64,000 bases of DNA from the IMG/VR virus record IMGVR_UViG_3300035232_000453; one strand, written 5' to 3'. This stretch comes from a virus. Shown here piece by piece: positions 28,500-38,014 of this stretch (position 1 is the first letter of the stretch; each line of letters starts with the position of its first letter). The translations under genes were made by a program, and so were the position numbers. The notes beneath the pieces were generated by a model. The model saw only the letters and a list, made by a program, of their open reading frames with translations. It had not been told where the DNA came from and made no database searches.

Positions 28500-29567
28500 A
28501 TGCCAAGACTCAGTTTATACAAACCTTTTAAAGGAAATGATTATAAGTTTATGGATCACAGTATCCGTGAACAATTTGACATAGGCGGAACAGGTATACA
28601 TGTACACAAATACCTAGGACCCGATGTACAACAAGGTAATAATGACCCTAGTGAACCAAACTACGGCAGTGGATTAGAAATTGACAATATCACTGGAGAA
28701 GAAATTAATCCCGAAGGCTTAATTGACGAAACAAACATACAAGACTTATTGTTTATGGAAAACAGAGATCGTAAATACGATCCTGATGTTTTTGAACTAC
28801 GTGGCGTATATAATGTAAGTGACAATGACTTTGATTTAACACAATTTGGTTTGTTTTTAACAAACGATACATTGTTTATTAGTTTTCATATTAATGATAT
28901 GGTAGAACGTATGGGGCGTAGACTTATGCCCGGTGATGTAATTGAATTACCTCATTTGCGTGATGAATTATTACTTACCAATGACAGAGAGGCTATTAAT
29001 AAGTTTTATGTTGTGCAAGATGCTGCAAGAGGAAGTGAAGGTTTTTCACAAACTTGGTATCCACACATTTGGCGTGTTAAAGTAGCACCACTAACAGATA
29101 CACAAGAATACGCAGATATACTTGGTACTGCTAGTGATCCGGATAGTCTTAAAAATGATGTTAGTTCTTACAAAACAGAACTTAACATTAGTAATGCTAT
29201 TGTGGCTTCTGCAGAAGCGGCCAATCCAAATAACTTACCACTAGCTGATCATTTATTTGGACAAGCAGACGATAGTACAACATATGAACACGGTGAAGTA
29301 TTGCAACAAGGTGATCAGTTTCCTGCTCAACCAAACGAAGGTGAGTATTTTGTAAGAACAGATTTTACGCCTAACAGACTTTTTGTTAGACGAGGTAATA
29401 AATGGCATAGATTATATGATAATGTTAACGACCAAACATGGAGTGATAGAACTTATAATGCAAGTAGCTTTATTAATAATAATTCTACTAGTGTCGTTAA
29501 TAACCAAGAACAACCTGAGAAACAAGCACTATCTCAGGTAATTAAACCAAAGAGTGATTTTGAATAA
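28500..29567 (+). CDS. Neck/head-closure protein gp14-like
   Basis: DLTQFGLFLTND.LFISFH, PGDVIELPHL motifs; directly upstream of the gp15-like gene. Confidence 0.7.
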   Translation: MPRLSLYKPFKGNDYKFMDHSIREQFDIGGTGIHVHKYLGPDVQQGNNDPSEPNYGSGLEIDNITGEEINPEGLIDETNIQDLLFMENRDRKYDPDVFELRGVYNVSDNDFDLTQFGLFLTNDTLFISFHINDMVERMGRRLMPGDVIELPHLRDELLLTNDREAINKFYVVQDAARGSEGFSQTWYPHIWRVKVAPLTDTQEYADILGTASDPDSLKNDVSSYKTELNISNAIVASAEAANPNNLPLADHLFGQADDSTTYEHGEVLQQGDQFPAQPNEGEYFVRTDFTPNRLFVRRGNKWHRLYDNVNDQTWSDRTYNASSFINNNSTSVVNNQEQPEKQALSQVIKPKSDFE

Positions 29568-30925
29568 TGGCACAACAATACTTTTACGATAAACAAATTA
29601 GAAGATACATTCAGCAGTTTATAAGACTGTTCAGTGGTTTTAGTGTACAAATGGGTAAGAACGAAAACAACCTTTCCATATACCAACAAGTACCAGTACG
29701 TTACGGTGATATAAACAGAATGGCGGCACATATAACTAGAGAAAATTCAGAAAACGTTATGAATACCGTGCCATTTATAAGTTGCTATGTGACTTCGTTA
29801 GATATGCTATCAGAAAGACGTACATACCAAGATCACGTAGACAAAGTTCAAGTAAACGAAAAAAAGTATGATCAGACTACAGGTGAATATACTAATGAGC
29901 TAGGAAATCAGTATACTATCGAGAGACATGCACCTGTTCCTTATAAACTAATAATGAACTGTGACATTTGGACATCAAACACAGACCAAAAACTACAATT
30001 AATGGAACAAATACTAGTGTTGTTTAACCCAACACTTGATATAAGGACTAACAGTAGTCCAGTTGATTGGACTGCTTTGAGCATGGTAGAATTAACAAAT
30101 ACAACATGGAGTACAAGAAGTGTCGGATCAAGTATTGACGATATTATTGACGTTGCAACATTAACATTTGACATTCCTATATACATTACTCCGCCTGCTA
30201 AAGTAAAACAACAAAAACTTATTCATACAATTATTAATGAATTATATAGCTTAGATGATGATGACTTAGATAGCTTTAAAAGTAACGAATCATTTAATAC
30301 TGAAACATTAAAATATACAATTGTTACATATGAAGATAAAAAAGTTAAGTATGAGAATGACACGATGCAATTATTAAATAATCAAGGTTCTAATTTAGAC
30401 ACCAACGGAGAAATCTTAAGTTGGAGCAAAGAACTAACTCCATTTGGAACATTACGTGACGGAATAAGTCAAGTGAGATTACGAAAGGGAGCAGATCCAT
30501 CAGACAATGATGATGATATAGTTGGACGATTAGAAGCACATCCAAGCGATCCTAATTTACTAAATGTTACTATAGATACTGCAACGTTAAGAACAAATAC
30601 TCTTCAACCAATTGACGGTGTTGTTGACCCTAGCAAAAATTACCCAGGAGACGGAAGTGTTCCTAGTGTTGTTTCTGGTCAAAGATATGTTGTTTTAAAT
30701 GATTGCCCAGTGTCAGCACAATGGACTAATGTAGTTGCTAATAAAAATGATATAATCGAATATAATGGATCAAGTTGGGTTGTGAGCTTTGATAGTTCTA
30801 CAATAAATGATACACAATACGTAACAAATGTTTCAAGTGATGATCAATTGGAATGGAATGGCACAGATTGGATTAATAGCTATGAAGGAATTTATAATTC
30901 TGGATACTGGCGAATATATCTGTAA
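29567..30925 (+). CDS. gp15: Tail sheath stabilizer/terminator gp15-like with C-terminal extension
   Basis: YFYDKQIRRYI.QF, VPVRYG, PVPY, QLMEQILVLFNP motifs. Confidence 0.8.
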   Translation: MAQQYFYDKQIRRYIQQFIRLFSGFSVQMGKNENNLSIYQQVPVRYGDINRMAAHITRENSENVMNTVPFISCYVTSLDMLSERRTYQDHVDKVQVNEKKYDQTTGEYTNELGNQYTIERHAPVPYKLIMNCDIWTSNTDQKLQLMEQILVLFNPTLDIRTNSSPVDWTALSMVELTNTTWSTRSVGSSIDDIIDVATLTFDIPIYITPPAKVKQQKLIHTIINELYSLDDDDLDSFKSNESFNTETLKYTIVTYEDKKVKYENDTMQLLNNQGSNLDTNGEILSWSKELTPFGTLRDGISQVRLRKGADPSDNDDDIVGRLEAHPSDPNLLNVTIDTATLRTNTLQPIDGVVDPSKNYPGDGSVPSVVSGQRYVVLNDCPVSAQWTNVVANKNDIIEYNGSSWVVSFDSSTINDTQYVTNVSSDDQLEWNGTDWINSYEGIYNSGYWRIYL

Positions 30926-30970
30926 TACAGATGACCCGTGTGACGATTGTACCCATTGGATAGGACATAT

Positions 30971-31399
30971 ATGATAACAGCAAGTGGATGTATATTTTTA
31001 AGTATAGATACTGGCAGAGTAATGCTACAACAAAGAAGTGGTGAGGTTAATCATCCTAGAACATGGGGCTTTTTTGGTGGTAAATCTGAAGGTAACGAAA
31101 GACCTATAGAAACGCTATATAGAGAAATTGAAGAAGAAGTTGGTTTAGTTCCATCTATAGAAAAAGTTATTCCCATAAATAAATTTACCAGTCCAAATAA
31201 AAAATTTGTGTACAATAGTTTTGTTGTTACAGTACAAGACGAATTTATACCCGTACTAAACAATGAAAGTGACGGGTATTGTTGGGTTAAAATTGGAAAC
31301 TGGCCCAGACCAGTACATCCTGGTGCAAAGATACAGTTTAACTCAAAACAATTTGTTAAGAAACTTAAAACTGTACTTGCACATCAGATTAAAAAATAG
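30971..31399 (+). CDS. NUDIX hydrolase
   Basis: GGKSEGNERPIETLYREIEEEVG Nudix box. Confidence 0.9.
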   Translation: MITASGCIFLSIDTGRVMLQQRSGEVNHPRTWGFFGGKSEGNERPIETLYREIEEEVGLVPSIEKVIPINKFTSPNKKFVYNSFVVTVQDEFIPVLNNESDGYCWVKIGNWPRPVHPGAKIQFNSKQFVKKLKTVLAHQIKK

Positions 31400-31404
31400 A
31401 AATA

Positions 31405-32493
31405 TTAAGTTATTTTCTTTTTCATAGAAGCAACAAACTGCTCACGTAACCATTCAAAATCATTAATTTTATTTAAGGCTTCAATATCATCTTTGTGTTC
31501 AAGTCCGTATGTTTTGCCTTCATTAGCACCTTTGATACAATAACGTCCAAAACGTTCTCCGTTATCAACTGTACACCATGTTTCTAATCTTGAATCAGTT
31601 TCTTCCTGATTTTGATTTGGATTAACAGAACTAGCTAACTTAACACATTCACGAAATGCACTACGCCATGTTCTGTATGGATCTTTATTAAATCTTGTAA
31701 TGTTTGACACATCCTTGATTGGCTGGTAGAAAGAAGTACCTGTTGTATAATCTGGTAATTCGTGTCCCAATGATAATAATTGTTCACGTGGGAACAATTT
31801 AACTGCTCCATATCCATATTCTAAATCATTGATAGGATTTTTAGAGCTCCATACATATGTTGTATTCTTACGCTTACTCATTGGTGGAATAAAATCAAAA
31901 CTAAAGTGTCCTGAAATATCTGCATCTGCATCAACTATGTATACCATTTCGGTTTTTGCTAGTTCTCCAACTTTTTTATGTGCATTTCCAATACCTTCAA
32001 CATTTTTTACATGTTGTGCGTCTTTAAATCTATCTCTTAATTTTGTAAAGTTTTCATCTGCTTCAGCTTCGTGAAAACTAATCATAAACACATCAAATTC
32101 TGCAACATGATAGCTAGATACAATTTTATTTTGTACTGTTGTATGCGAAACACCATTAGTAGGCACTAACTGAATATCTCCCCAACTAACAGGTCTATTT
32201 GTTCGTTTAACTACTCTGGGAAATGTATGAATTACATTTTTTGCAAGTCCATCACCTGGTTTGTATGTCCAAGGAAAATTAGGATTTATTTCAATATCAT
32301 CAAATACTACCCACACCATGTCTGCTTTATCTTTATAAGTAGATGCTGTTTCCAGTAGTGAATCTTCGTCTTTTATTTTAACAGGAGTCTTAATAACTGG
32401 ATATGAATCAAAAATAAATTTCTTTAATCTATCCCAAGGTGTTATAACATTCTGTCCTTGATATTCTCTTTGTACATTGTGTAAATTAATCAT
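31405..32493 (-). CDS. Glycosyltransferase-like protein (two GT-A-like repeats)
   Basis: VWVVFDD and VYIVDAD DxD-type motifs; YGYGAVKLF; WRSAFRECVKL. Confidence 0.65.
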   Translation of the reverse strand: MINLHNVQREYQGQNVITPWDRLKKFIFDSYPVIKTPVKIKDEDSLLETASTYKDKADMVWVVFDDIEINPNFPWTYKPGDGLAKNVIHTFPRVVKRTNRPVSWGDIQLVPTNGVSHTTVQNKIVSSYHVAEFDVFMISFHEAEADENFTKLRDRFKDAQHVKNVEGIGNAHKKVGELAKTEMVYIVDADADISGHFSFDFIPPMSKRKNTTYVWSSKNPINDLEYGYGAVKLFPREQLLSLGHELPDYTTGTSFYQPIKDVSNITRFNKDPYRTWRSAFRECVKLASSVNPNQNQEETDSRLETWCTVDNGERFGRYCIKGANEGKTYGLEHKDDIEALNKINDFEWLREQFVASMKKKIT

Positions 32494-33136
32494 TGCAATC
32501 GCCCTTAATTGTATATGCACGTGTTCCTATATGTGCAATTCTGTCACTTAACTCGTGACTAACATTTACTTCGTATCCATTTTCGTTTGCTAGATTACAA
32601 AAGTAAATATCTTCTCCTACTAAACTAGTATAACCTTCGTTATACTCAATTTTATAATGAGGACGAGAAATATTTTCGTATACTTCTCTTTTTACTAACA
32701 TCATTCCACTTCCTACGGCCCATACTTTTTCAATTCCTTTTCCTGTAAAAACTCTGCTATCTAAATTAGCTTTGCTTTTAAAGGCAACTGGCCTGTGGGG
32801 CGGAACTCTTGTTGAGTAATTTCCAGCAACAATATCTTTGTTTGCTGCTAATAGTATATTTAGCGTATCTACTGGAAACTGCATGTCTGCATCAATCCAC
32901 ATAATATGAGTGCAATCTGTTTCTAATGCTTGATCTACTAACTGTTGTCTTTGCATTGCAACTTCACTACCCATATTAAAATGTAATGAAGTTGCAAGCC
33001 CAGTTTCGCCACACTTTTTTTGAAGCATGGCTAAACTATAGGCAAAGACCGCTGTAGTCTGATTTTGCACAGGAACACAAATTGCCACATTAGCGGAATT
33101 GTCTTTCTTGTAATAATGGTTAGTTACACTGACCAT
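32486..33136 (-). CDS. GT2-like glycosyltransferase
   Basis: THIMWIDADM, GSGMMLVKREVY, GEDIYFC, HIG motifs. Confidence 0.75.
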   Translation of the reverse strand: MVSVTNHYYKKDNSANVAICVPVQNQTTAVFAYSLAMLQKKCGETGLATSLHFNMGSEVAMQRQQLVDQALETDCTHIMWIDADMQFPVDTLNILLAANKDIVAGNYSTRVPPHRPVAFKSKANLDSRVFTGKGIEKVWAVGSGMMLVKREVYENISRPHYKIEYNEGYTSLVGEDIYFCNLANENGYEVNVSHELSDRIAHIGTRAYTIKGDCND

Positions 33137-33139
33137 TAA

Positions 33140-33562
33140 TTATTTTTCAGAAGCTAGTTCTGACTGAAGTTCAGCTTCAATTTGCTGTACTTCGTAATTT
33201 AATTGTTTAGCAATCGAAGTTGCTTCTTTGACACATGCCGAGAATGCCTCATCTTGTAATGAAACCATATAGTTCATATGTTCTGGTTGTACCTTACCTA
33301 ATGTAAGAATGTCAATTGCTGCCAATTTTGCTAAACGGTGTACCCAATATTCTTCTTCATTACTTTCAATGTCTCTCATCAGAGATTCAATATCATGCTT
33401 CTCTGAGAAATCTTTATAAATGATTTCTAATATTGGTAGATCTGGATGTTGTTGTTCACGAGCTTGTAATAGCTCTGTTGTTAGTGCTTGTGCTTTTCGA
33501 CCCAGTGTCGGATGTGCACCTAACACAAACGTTTCAATTTCAAAACGTGTTCTTATACTCAT
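33140..33562 (-). CDS. Hypothetical protein
   Basis: 140 aa helical ORF with CAGGAG Shine-Dalgarno; first gene of the glycosyltransferase operon. Confidence 0.75.
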   Translation of the reverse strand: MSIRTRFEIETFVLGAHPTLGRKAQALTTELLQAREQQHPDLPILEIIYKDFSEKHDIESLMRDIESNEEEYWVHRLAKLAAIDILTLGKVQPEHMNYMVSLQDEAFSACVKEATSIAKQLNYEVQQIEAELQSELASEK

Positions 33563-33603
33563 TGTTTTCTCCTGTGGTTGAGTTTACTTTTGTAAGTTAG
33601 TAT

Positions 33604-33632
33604 ATTATACTATAAAGTAATAACGCTGTCAA
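33604..33632 (-). promoter_or_regulatory. Consensus sigma70 promoter of the GT operon; -35 box overlaps an upstream terminator-like hairpin (33619-33650)
   Basis: TTGACA-17-TATAAT; AATAACGCTGT...ACAGCGTTATT inverted repeat. Confidence 0.75.
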
Positions 33633-33674
33633 TTAAATAACAGCGTTATTATTAGTTTTATTTAGCTAATTAAA

Positions 33675-33860
33675 TTAACCGTGTGAACCTGTTGGGTTCG
33701 GGTTTTGCCATCCACCAAACGTAGCTGAAAGCTGAATGTTTGTTGTTACTGATGGTGAAATGTAGTTACCTAATGTACTCATAGAAATTGTTCCACTTAG
33801 TCCAAAGTAGTTACGTACTGTTCCCATTGTCATTGCGGCGCCTGTTGCTGGTAATGCCAT
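33675..33860 (-). CDS. Small virion protein, probably fibre-tip associated
   Basis: MALPATG...ISMSTL N-terminus typical of small proteins that follow S74 fibres; late promoter at 33917-33924. Confidence 0.6.
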   Translation of the reverse strand: MALPATGAAMTMGTVRNYFGLSGTISMSTLGNYISPSVTTNIQLSATFGGWQNPNPTGSHG

Positions 33861-33956
33861 ATTGTGACTCCTTGCTTGTAATTATCGATAATTGCATGCT
33901 ATAGTGCTTGCTATTATATTTATCTTATATACTTCATAGCATATAGTAGTATATTA

Positions 33957-36068
33957 TTATTTATTTTTTTCTGCTCGTTCTTGCTCTTTTTTTGCTTGAG
34001 CCATATATAATGTTTGCAAATCATATATATGTTTTTTCATATCTTCTATAGTTTTTTGTTGTTCTTTGATTGCTTCAATTAGTAATCCAGATATATTTCC
34101 GTATGCTACAGACTTCATTCCATCGGCATCAGTGTGAACTACTTCTGGGAAGAACTCTTCTATTTCTTGTGCAATAACACCAGTGCTATGTCTGCCGTCT
34201 TTTTCGAAATTAACACCTCGTAAACAATTAACTACGTCTACTGCATTAGTTATTGTTTCTACGTTTCTTTTCAACCTTTGATCTGAATAAGCAGTAACGT
34301 CACCAGTTGCAGTAAAGTCACCCGTGTAACTTCCACTCATTGTGAATTCTGTACCAGTTAATGTTAATCCATTACCTGCTGTATATGTTGTATTTGTATC
34401 TGTTGAAGATATAACATTAGAACCATCTATTGCTACATTTGTTCCAGCTGTGTATGTTGTGTTAGTATCAGTGTTTGTATCCGTGCTACTAATAGTAAAG
34501 TTAGGATAAGTTCCACTGATACTTGTAGCACCCGAACCTGTCAGACTTACAGTTTGATCTGGTGCAGTATTTTGAAACTCTGTTCCAACTAAGTTTAATC
34601 CTGTGCCTGCTGTATATGTTGTGTTTGTGTCAGTAAAAGATGTAATATATCCTGCACCGTTAGTTAACTGATTGTTATTAGTAGGTATTGTTGGCTTATT
34701 AGATAAGTCATTATAATTAATTGTTCCTACACTTGTTAAATATCCGCTATCATTTGTAAATGTGCTTACATTGGTTGGTATACGTGCATCTACTCTAGCA
34801 TTTGTATAATATAAATTTCCTGCTTCTGTAATATCGTCTGTATCTAATGCGCCTGTTCCGCCTGTTACTGCACTATCTACATATGCCTTGGTTGCGGCAT
34901 GATTTGCACTACTTGGTGCACCACTTAATGTAAGTGTGCCCGTCATTGTGTCGCCAGATTTAGAAACTTTTGTTCCTATTTGTGTGCTGAGTGTTGTGCT
35001 GAGATTTGCATCATCGCCAAGTGCTGCAGCTAATTCGTTTAATGTGTCTAGCGTTCCTGGTGCGCCATCAACTATTGCAGAAATTTCTGCATCGGTATAT
35101 GCGTTTGCAGTTGTTACTGCATCTGCTTCGGCTGTATCTGCATATGATTGTGCTGATGCCAGTGCTGCGTTTGCTTTAGAAGTTGCATCACTTGATGCAG
35201 TTGAAATTGCGTCTGCTTCGGCTGTGTCTGCATATGCTTTTGCATCCACTAGTGCTTGGTTAGCCTTAGTAGTTGCGTCTGTTGCCGCTGCATTAATTGC
35301 CGCTAATTGAGCCGCATTTGCTTTAGAAGTTGCGTCTGTTGCCGCTGCATTAATTGCCGCTAATTGAGCCGCATTTGCTTTAGAAGTTGCGTCTGTTGCC
35401 GCTGTACTAATTGCATCTGTTTCAGCGGTGTCTACATATGTTTCTGTAGCATAGCTCTTCGTTCCTAGTAGCGTGTTTACTTGTGCATCTGTGTAATATA
35501 AATTAGTACTACCTTCTGCTATATCATCTGTATCTAACACAACTGAACCAGTTGCTGAATTAACACTTACTACTGGTGCTGTGGTTGCAGAAAAACTAAT
35601 TACACCTGTTGTACTATTGTATGCTAAATCACCGCTTACACTAATAGCACTTCTAGATCGTGCATCCGTATAATATAAATTACTACCTTCTGACAAATCG
35701 CTAGTGTCTGCTGATGCTAGTTTCGAATCCCAACGTGCAGCAGTATAGTATAAATTTGTACCTTCGCTTAAATGTGTAGTTGTTTTGGAACTTAGATCTA
35801 AATTAGCACCTGTTTGTAAAGTTATACGTGCATCAACTAATGCATCATCATAAAATAGATTTGTTGTGCCTTCTGTTAAATTGTCTGTATTGATACTAAC
35901 CTCTACACCATCAGCAATATTTACGTTCTGTAATGTAATTGTTCCTCCGCTGTGTGTTAGAACATCGGTACCATTGATTTGCAATACATCAACATTACTA
36001 TTTGCCACAATTGGGGCAAGTGGATCTGCATCATGTATTACTGTTTTGTTTCCTATAATAAAAGCCAT
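33957..36068 (-). CDS. Tail fibre with C-terminal peptidase S74 chaperone
   Basis: TAYSDQRLKRN...GVIAQE...VAYGNISGLLIEAIKE; EGxxNLYYT and Ala-rich repeats. Confidence 0.85.
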   Translation of the reverse strand: MAFIIGNKTVIHDADPLAPIVANSNVDVLQINGTDVLTHSGGTITLQNVNIADGVEVSINTDNLTEGTTNLFYDDALVDARITLQTGANLDLSSKTTTHLSEGTNLYYTAARWDSKLASADTSDLSEGSNLYYTDARSRSAISVSGDLAYNSTTGVISFSATTAPVVSVNSATGSVVLDTDDIAEGSTNLYYTDAQVNTLLGTKSYATETYVDTAETDAISTAATDATSKANAAQLAAINAAATDATSKANAAQLAAINAAATDATTKANQALVDAKAYADTAEADAISTASSDATSKANAALASAQSYADTAEADAVTTANAYTDAEISAIVDGAPGTLDTLNELAAALGDDANLSTTLSTQIGTKVSKSGDTMTGTLTLSGAPSSANHAATKAYVDSAVTGGTGALDTDDITEAGNLYYTNARVDARIPTNVSTFTNDSGYLTSVGTINYNDLSNKPTIPTNNNQLTNGAGYITSFTDTNTTYTAGTGLNLVGTEFQNTAPDQTVSLTGSGATSISGTYPNFTISSTDTNTDTNTTYTAGTNVAIDGSNVISSTDTNTTYTAGNGLTLTGTEFTMSGSYTGDFTATGDVTAYSDQRLKRNVETITNAVDVVNCLRGVNFEKDGRHSTGVIAQEIEEFFPEVVHTDADGMKSVAYGNISGLLIEAIKEQQKTIEDMKKHIYDLQTLYMAQAKKEQERAEKNK
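35271..35404. repeat. Perfect 57-bp tandem repeat (~2.3 copies)
   Basis: Encodes ATSKANAAQLAAINAAATD. Confidence 0.9.
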
Positions 36069-36083
36069 TATCTACTCCATCTT

Positions 36084-36734
36084 TTATGTATTTATCACTT
36101 TAACTGCAAATACATTCCAACATGGATATTTTCCCCACTCGTTATGAGATTGTAATACAGTATCATCTAATATTTTGATATTCAAATAATCAAATTCATT
36201 CCATGTATGTTTTTCTACAGTAGGTGGTTGAAAATTGTATGGATTGTTTGGGAATTCTTCAATTTTACCAGGTTCTGGAATAAATTCTTCATCTATATTA
36301 TTATGCCCGCTTTGATTAATATATATTCCATTATCTTTAAGTACGGCACGTAGTTGTTGATGATAAAATAGTCTTTGTTGTTGTTTATTATCTACTGTAT
36401 GAATTGATGTACAAAACTGATGGAAATATCCAAAGTCAATTACAACATCATATGTATTGTTACTCCAATTTTGTTCTTCTAAATTCTTAAATTCAAATGT
36501 TACATTACTATGTTTTGCAGTTGCTTGTTTTATTGCTTCTTTAGAATTATCAATAGCATGAACATTAAAGCCTTGTTCTGCTAGATAAAATGCATTTCTT
36601 CCTATTCCACATCCAATGTCTAATATTGTTGCATTTTGTGGGAATTTACTTATACATTGTTTAAGGAATAATGCAGGTTCGTGTCCCCATGCAGGGTTGC
36701 CTTTTTTATATATACTATCAAATGAATAAGTCAA
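36084..36734 (-). CDS. Class I SAM-dependent methyltransferase
   Basis: ILDIGCGIGRNA motif I; YDVVID motif. Confidence 0.85.
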   Translation of the reverse strand: MTYSFDSIYKKGNPAWGHEPALFLKQCISKFPQNATILDIGCGIGRNAFYLAEQGFNVHAIDNSKEAIKQATAKHSNVTFEFKNLEEQNWSNNTYDVVIDFGYFHQFCTSIHTVDNKQQQRLFYHQQLRAVLKDNGIYINQSGHNNIDEEFIPEPGKIEEFPNNPYNFQPPTVEKHTWNEFDYLNIKILDDTVLQSHNEWGKYPCWNVFAVKVINT

Positions 36735-36747
36735 TTAATGACTCCTA

Positions 36748-37908
36748 TTAGGGAGTAGACTGAAAAGTTGATGGTACAAATTGTACCCATGCTGTTCCGT
36801 CATATCCTTCAAACATACTTGTTCCTTCGTTAAAGAACATCATTCCTGCCACTGCTGGTGATGGACGATCTACTGTTAAGCCTTTTGGTAATCTAAATAC
36901 ATCAGGAGAAAGTGAGCCTGAGTTATCAATTACAACTTGTCCTTGCGAATTAATAATACCACCTTCGAGGTTACCTGTAACATTACCATCTACATTACCT
37001 ACAAGGTTACCTAAAACATCACCAACAACGCCGCCTTGTATGTTTGCGTAAACAATTGGTTTAGGTACGGCAGTATCATCAATAATAAGTGTAGAACCAG
37101 TTCTATCATAAACTGCACCGTTCCAATTACCAAAAGCAGTTGTTCCAGTAAAGTCTGCACTACCACCAGTAAATGTAGCAATGCCACTAATATTAGTAGT
37201 GCCTGCATTTAATGTTGTAGTGGTTGCTGAATCAACCGTTAAGGCAGAATCTAAATTTCCAGTTCCGCTTTCTAAAATTTTATTTGCACCAGTTGGGTTG
37301 TAAACATCACCATATGCATCGCCCACTAGTCCACCTGTAAATGTAGTAGTTGTGCTTGATACATCAACAATAACGTTTCCACTATTATCAACTACATCGC
37401 CACGATATGTTGCTGGTGTACTTGCATCTCCTGGGTTTAAAACAATTGATGTTGCGTCTGTTTCGTCTGCTAAGTTATAACCAACTTTAGTAGCATATGC
37501 AGAGTCTGTATCAGTAAAACTAATAACACCTGTTGCACTATCATAAGATAAACTACCAGTTGCTGATATGGCTGCTCTTGCATCTGCATCTGTATATTGT
37601 GTTGGTAAATTACCTGCAATAATTGTATCTGCAGTAATTGTTCCTACTGTAATACTACCTTTTACTATGCTTGCATCTAAGGCACTTACATCATTAATAG
37701 TAGAAGGTGATAATTGAATTGAATCAAGTAAAAGAAAGTTGTTTGTTTCACTATCTCTAACAAGACCTGCATATGTAGTTGGTCCTAGTTTTCCTAAAAA
37801 CCCAACATCTGTTGCTTGTAATCCATCTTTATTTAATATTAATAGTGGGTCAGAAAACCCAACATCTGTACTAATTATATTAGTAGTTTGTATTCCTCTA
37901 AATGCCAT
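36748..37908 (-). CDS. Virion fibre/structural protein
   Basis: Gly/Thr-rich beta repeats (GNVDGNVTG); C-terminal GMMFFN...FEGYDGTAW; late promoter at 37934-37941. Confidence 0.7.
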   Translation of the reverse strand: MAFRGIQTTNIISTDVGFSDPLLILNKDGLQATDVGFLGKLGPTTYAGLVRDSETNNFLLLDSIQLSPSTINDVSALDASIVKGSITVGTITADTIIAGNLPTQYTDADARAAISATGSLSYDSATGVISFTDTDSAYATKVGYNLADETDATSIVLNPGDASTPATYRGDVVDNSGNVIVDVSSTTTTFTGGLVGDAYGDVYNPTGANKILESGTGNLDSALTVDSATTTTLNAGTTNISGIATFTGGSADFTGTTAFGNWNGAVYDRTGSTLIIDDTAVPKPIVYANIQGGVVGDVLGNLVGNVDGNVTGNLEGGIINSQGQVVIDNSGSLSPDVFRLPKGLTVDRPSPAVAGMMFFNEGTSMFEGYDGTAWVQFVPSTFQSTP

Positions 37909-37965
37909 GATACAATTCCTTTAATTATAGTAGTATTTATCACAAACAAACTTTTACACGGCCAT

Positions 37966-37993
37966 AAAAAAAGCAGGGCTTTCACCCTGCTTT
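37966..37993 (-). terminator. Intrinsic terminator
   Basis: AAAGCAGGG-UGAAAG-CCCUGCUUUUUUU. Confidence 0.85.
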
Positions 37994-38014
37994 AGTTTTG
38001 TAATTAAAGTTTAA

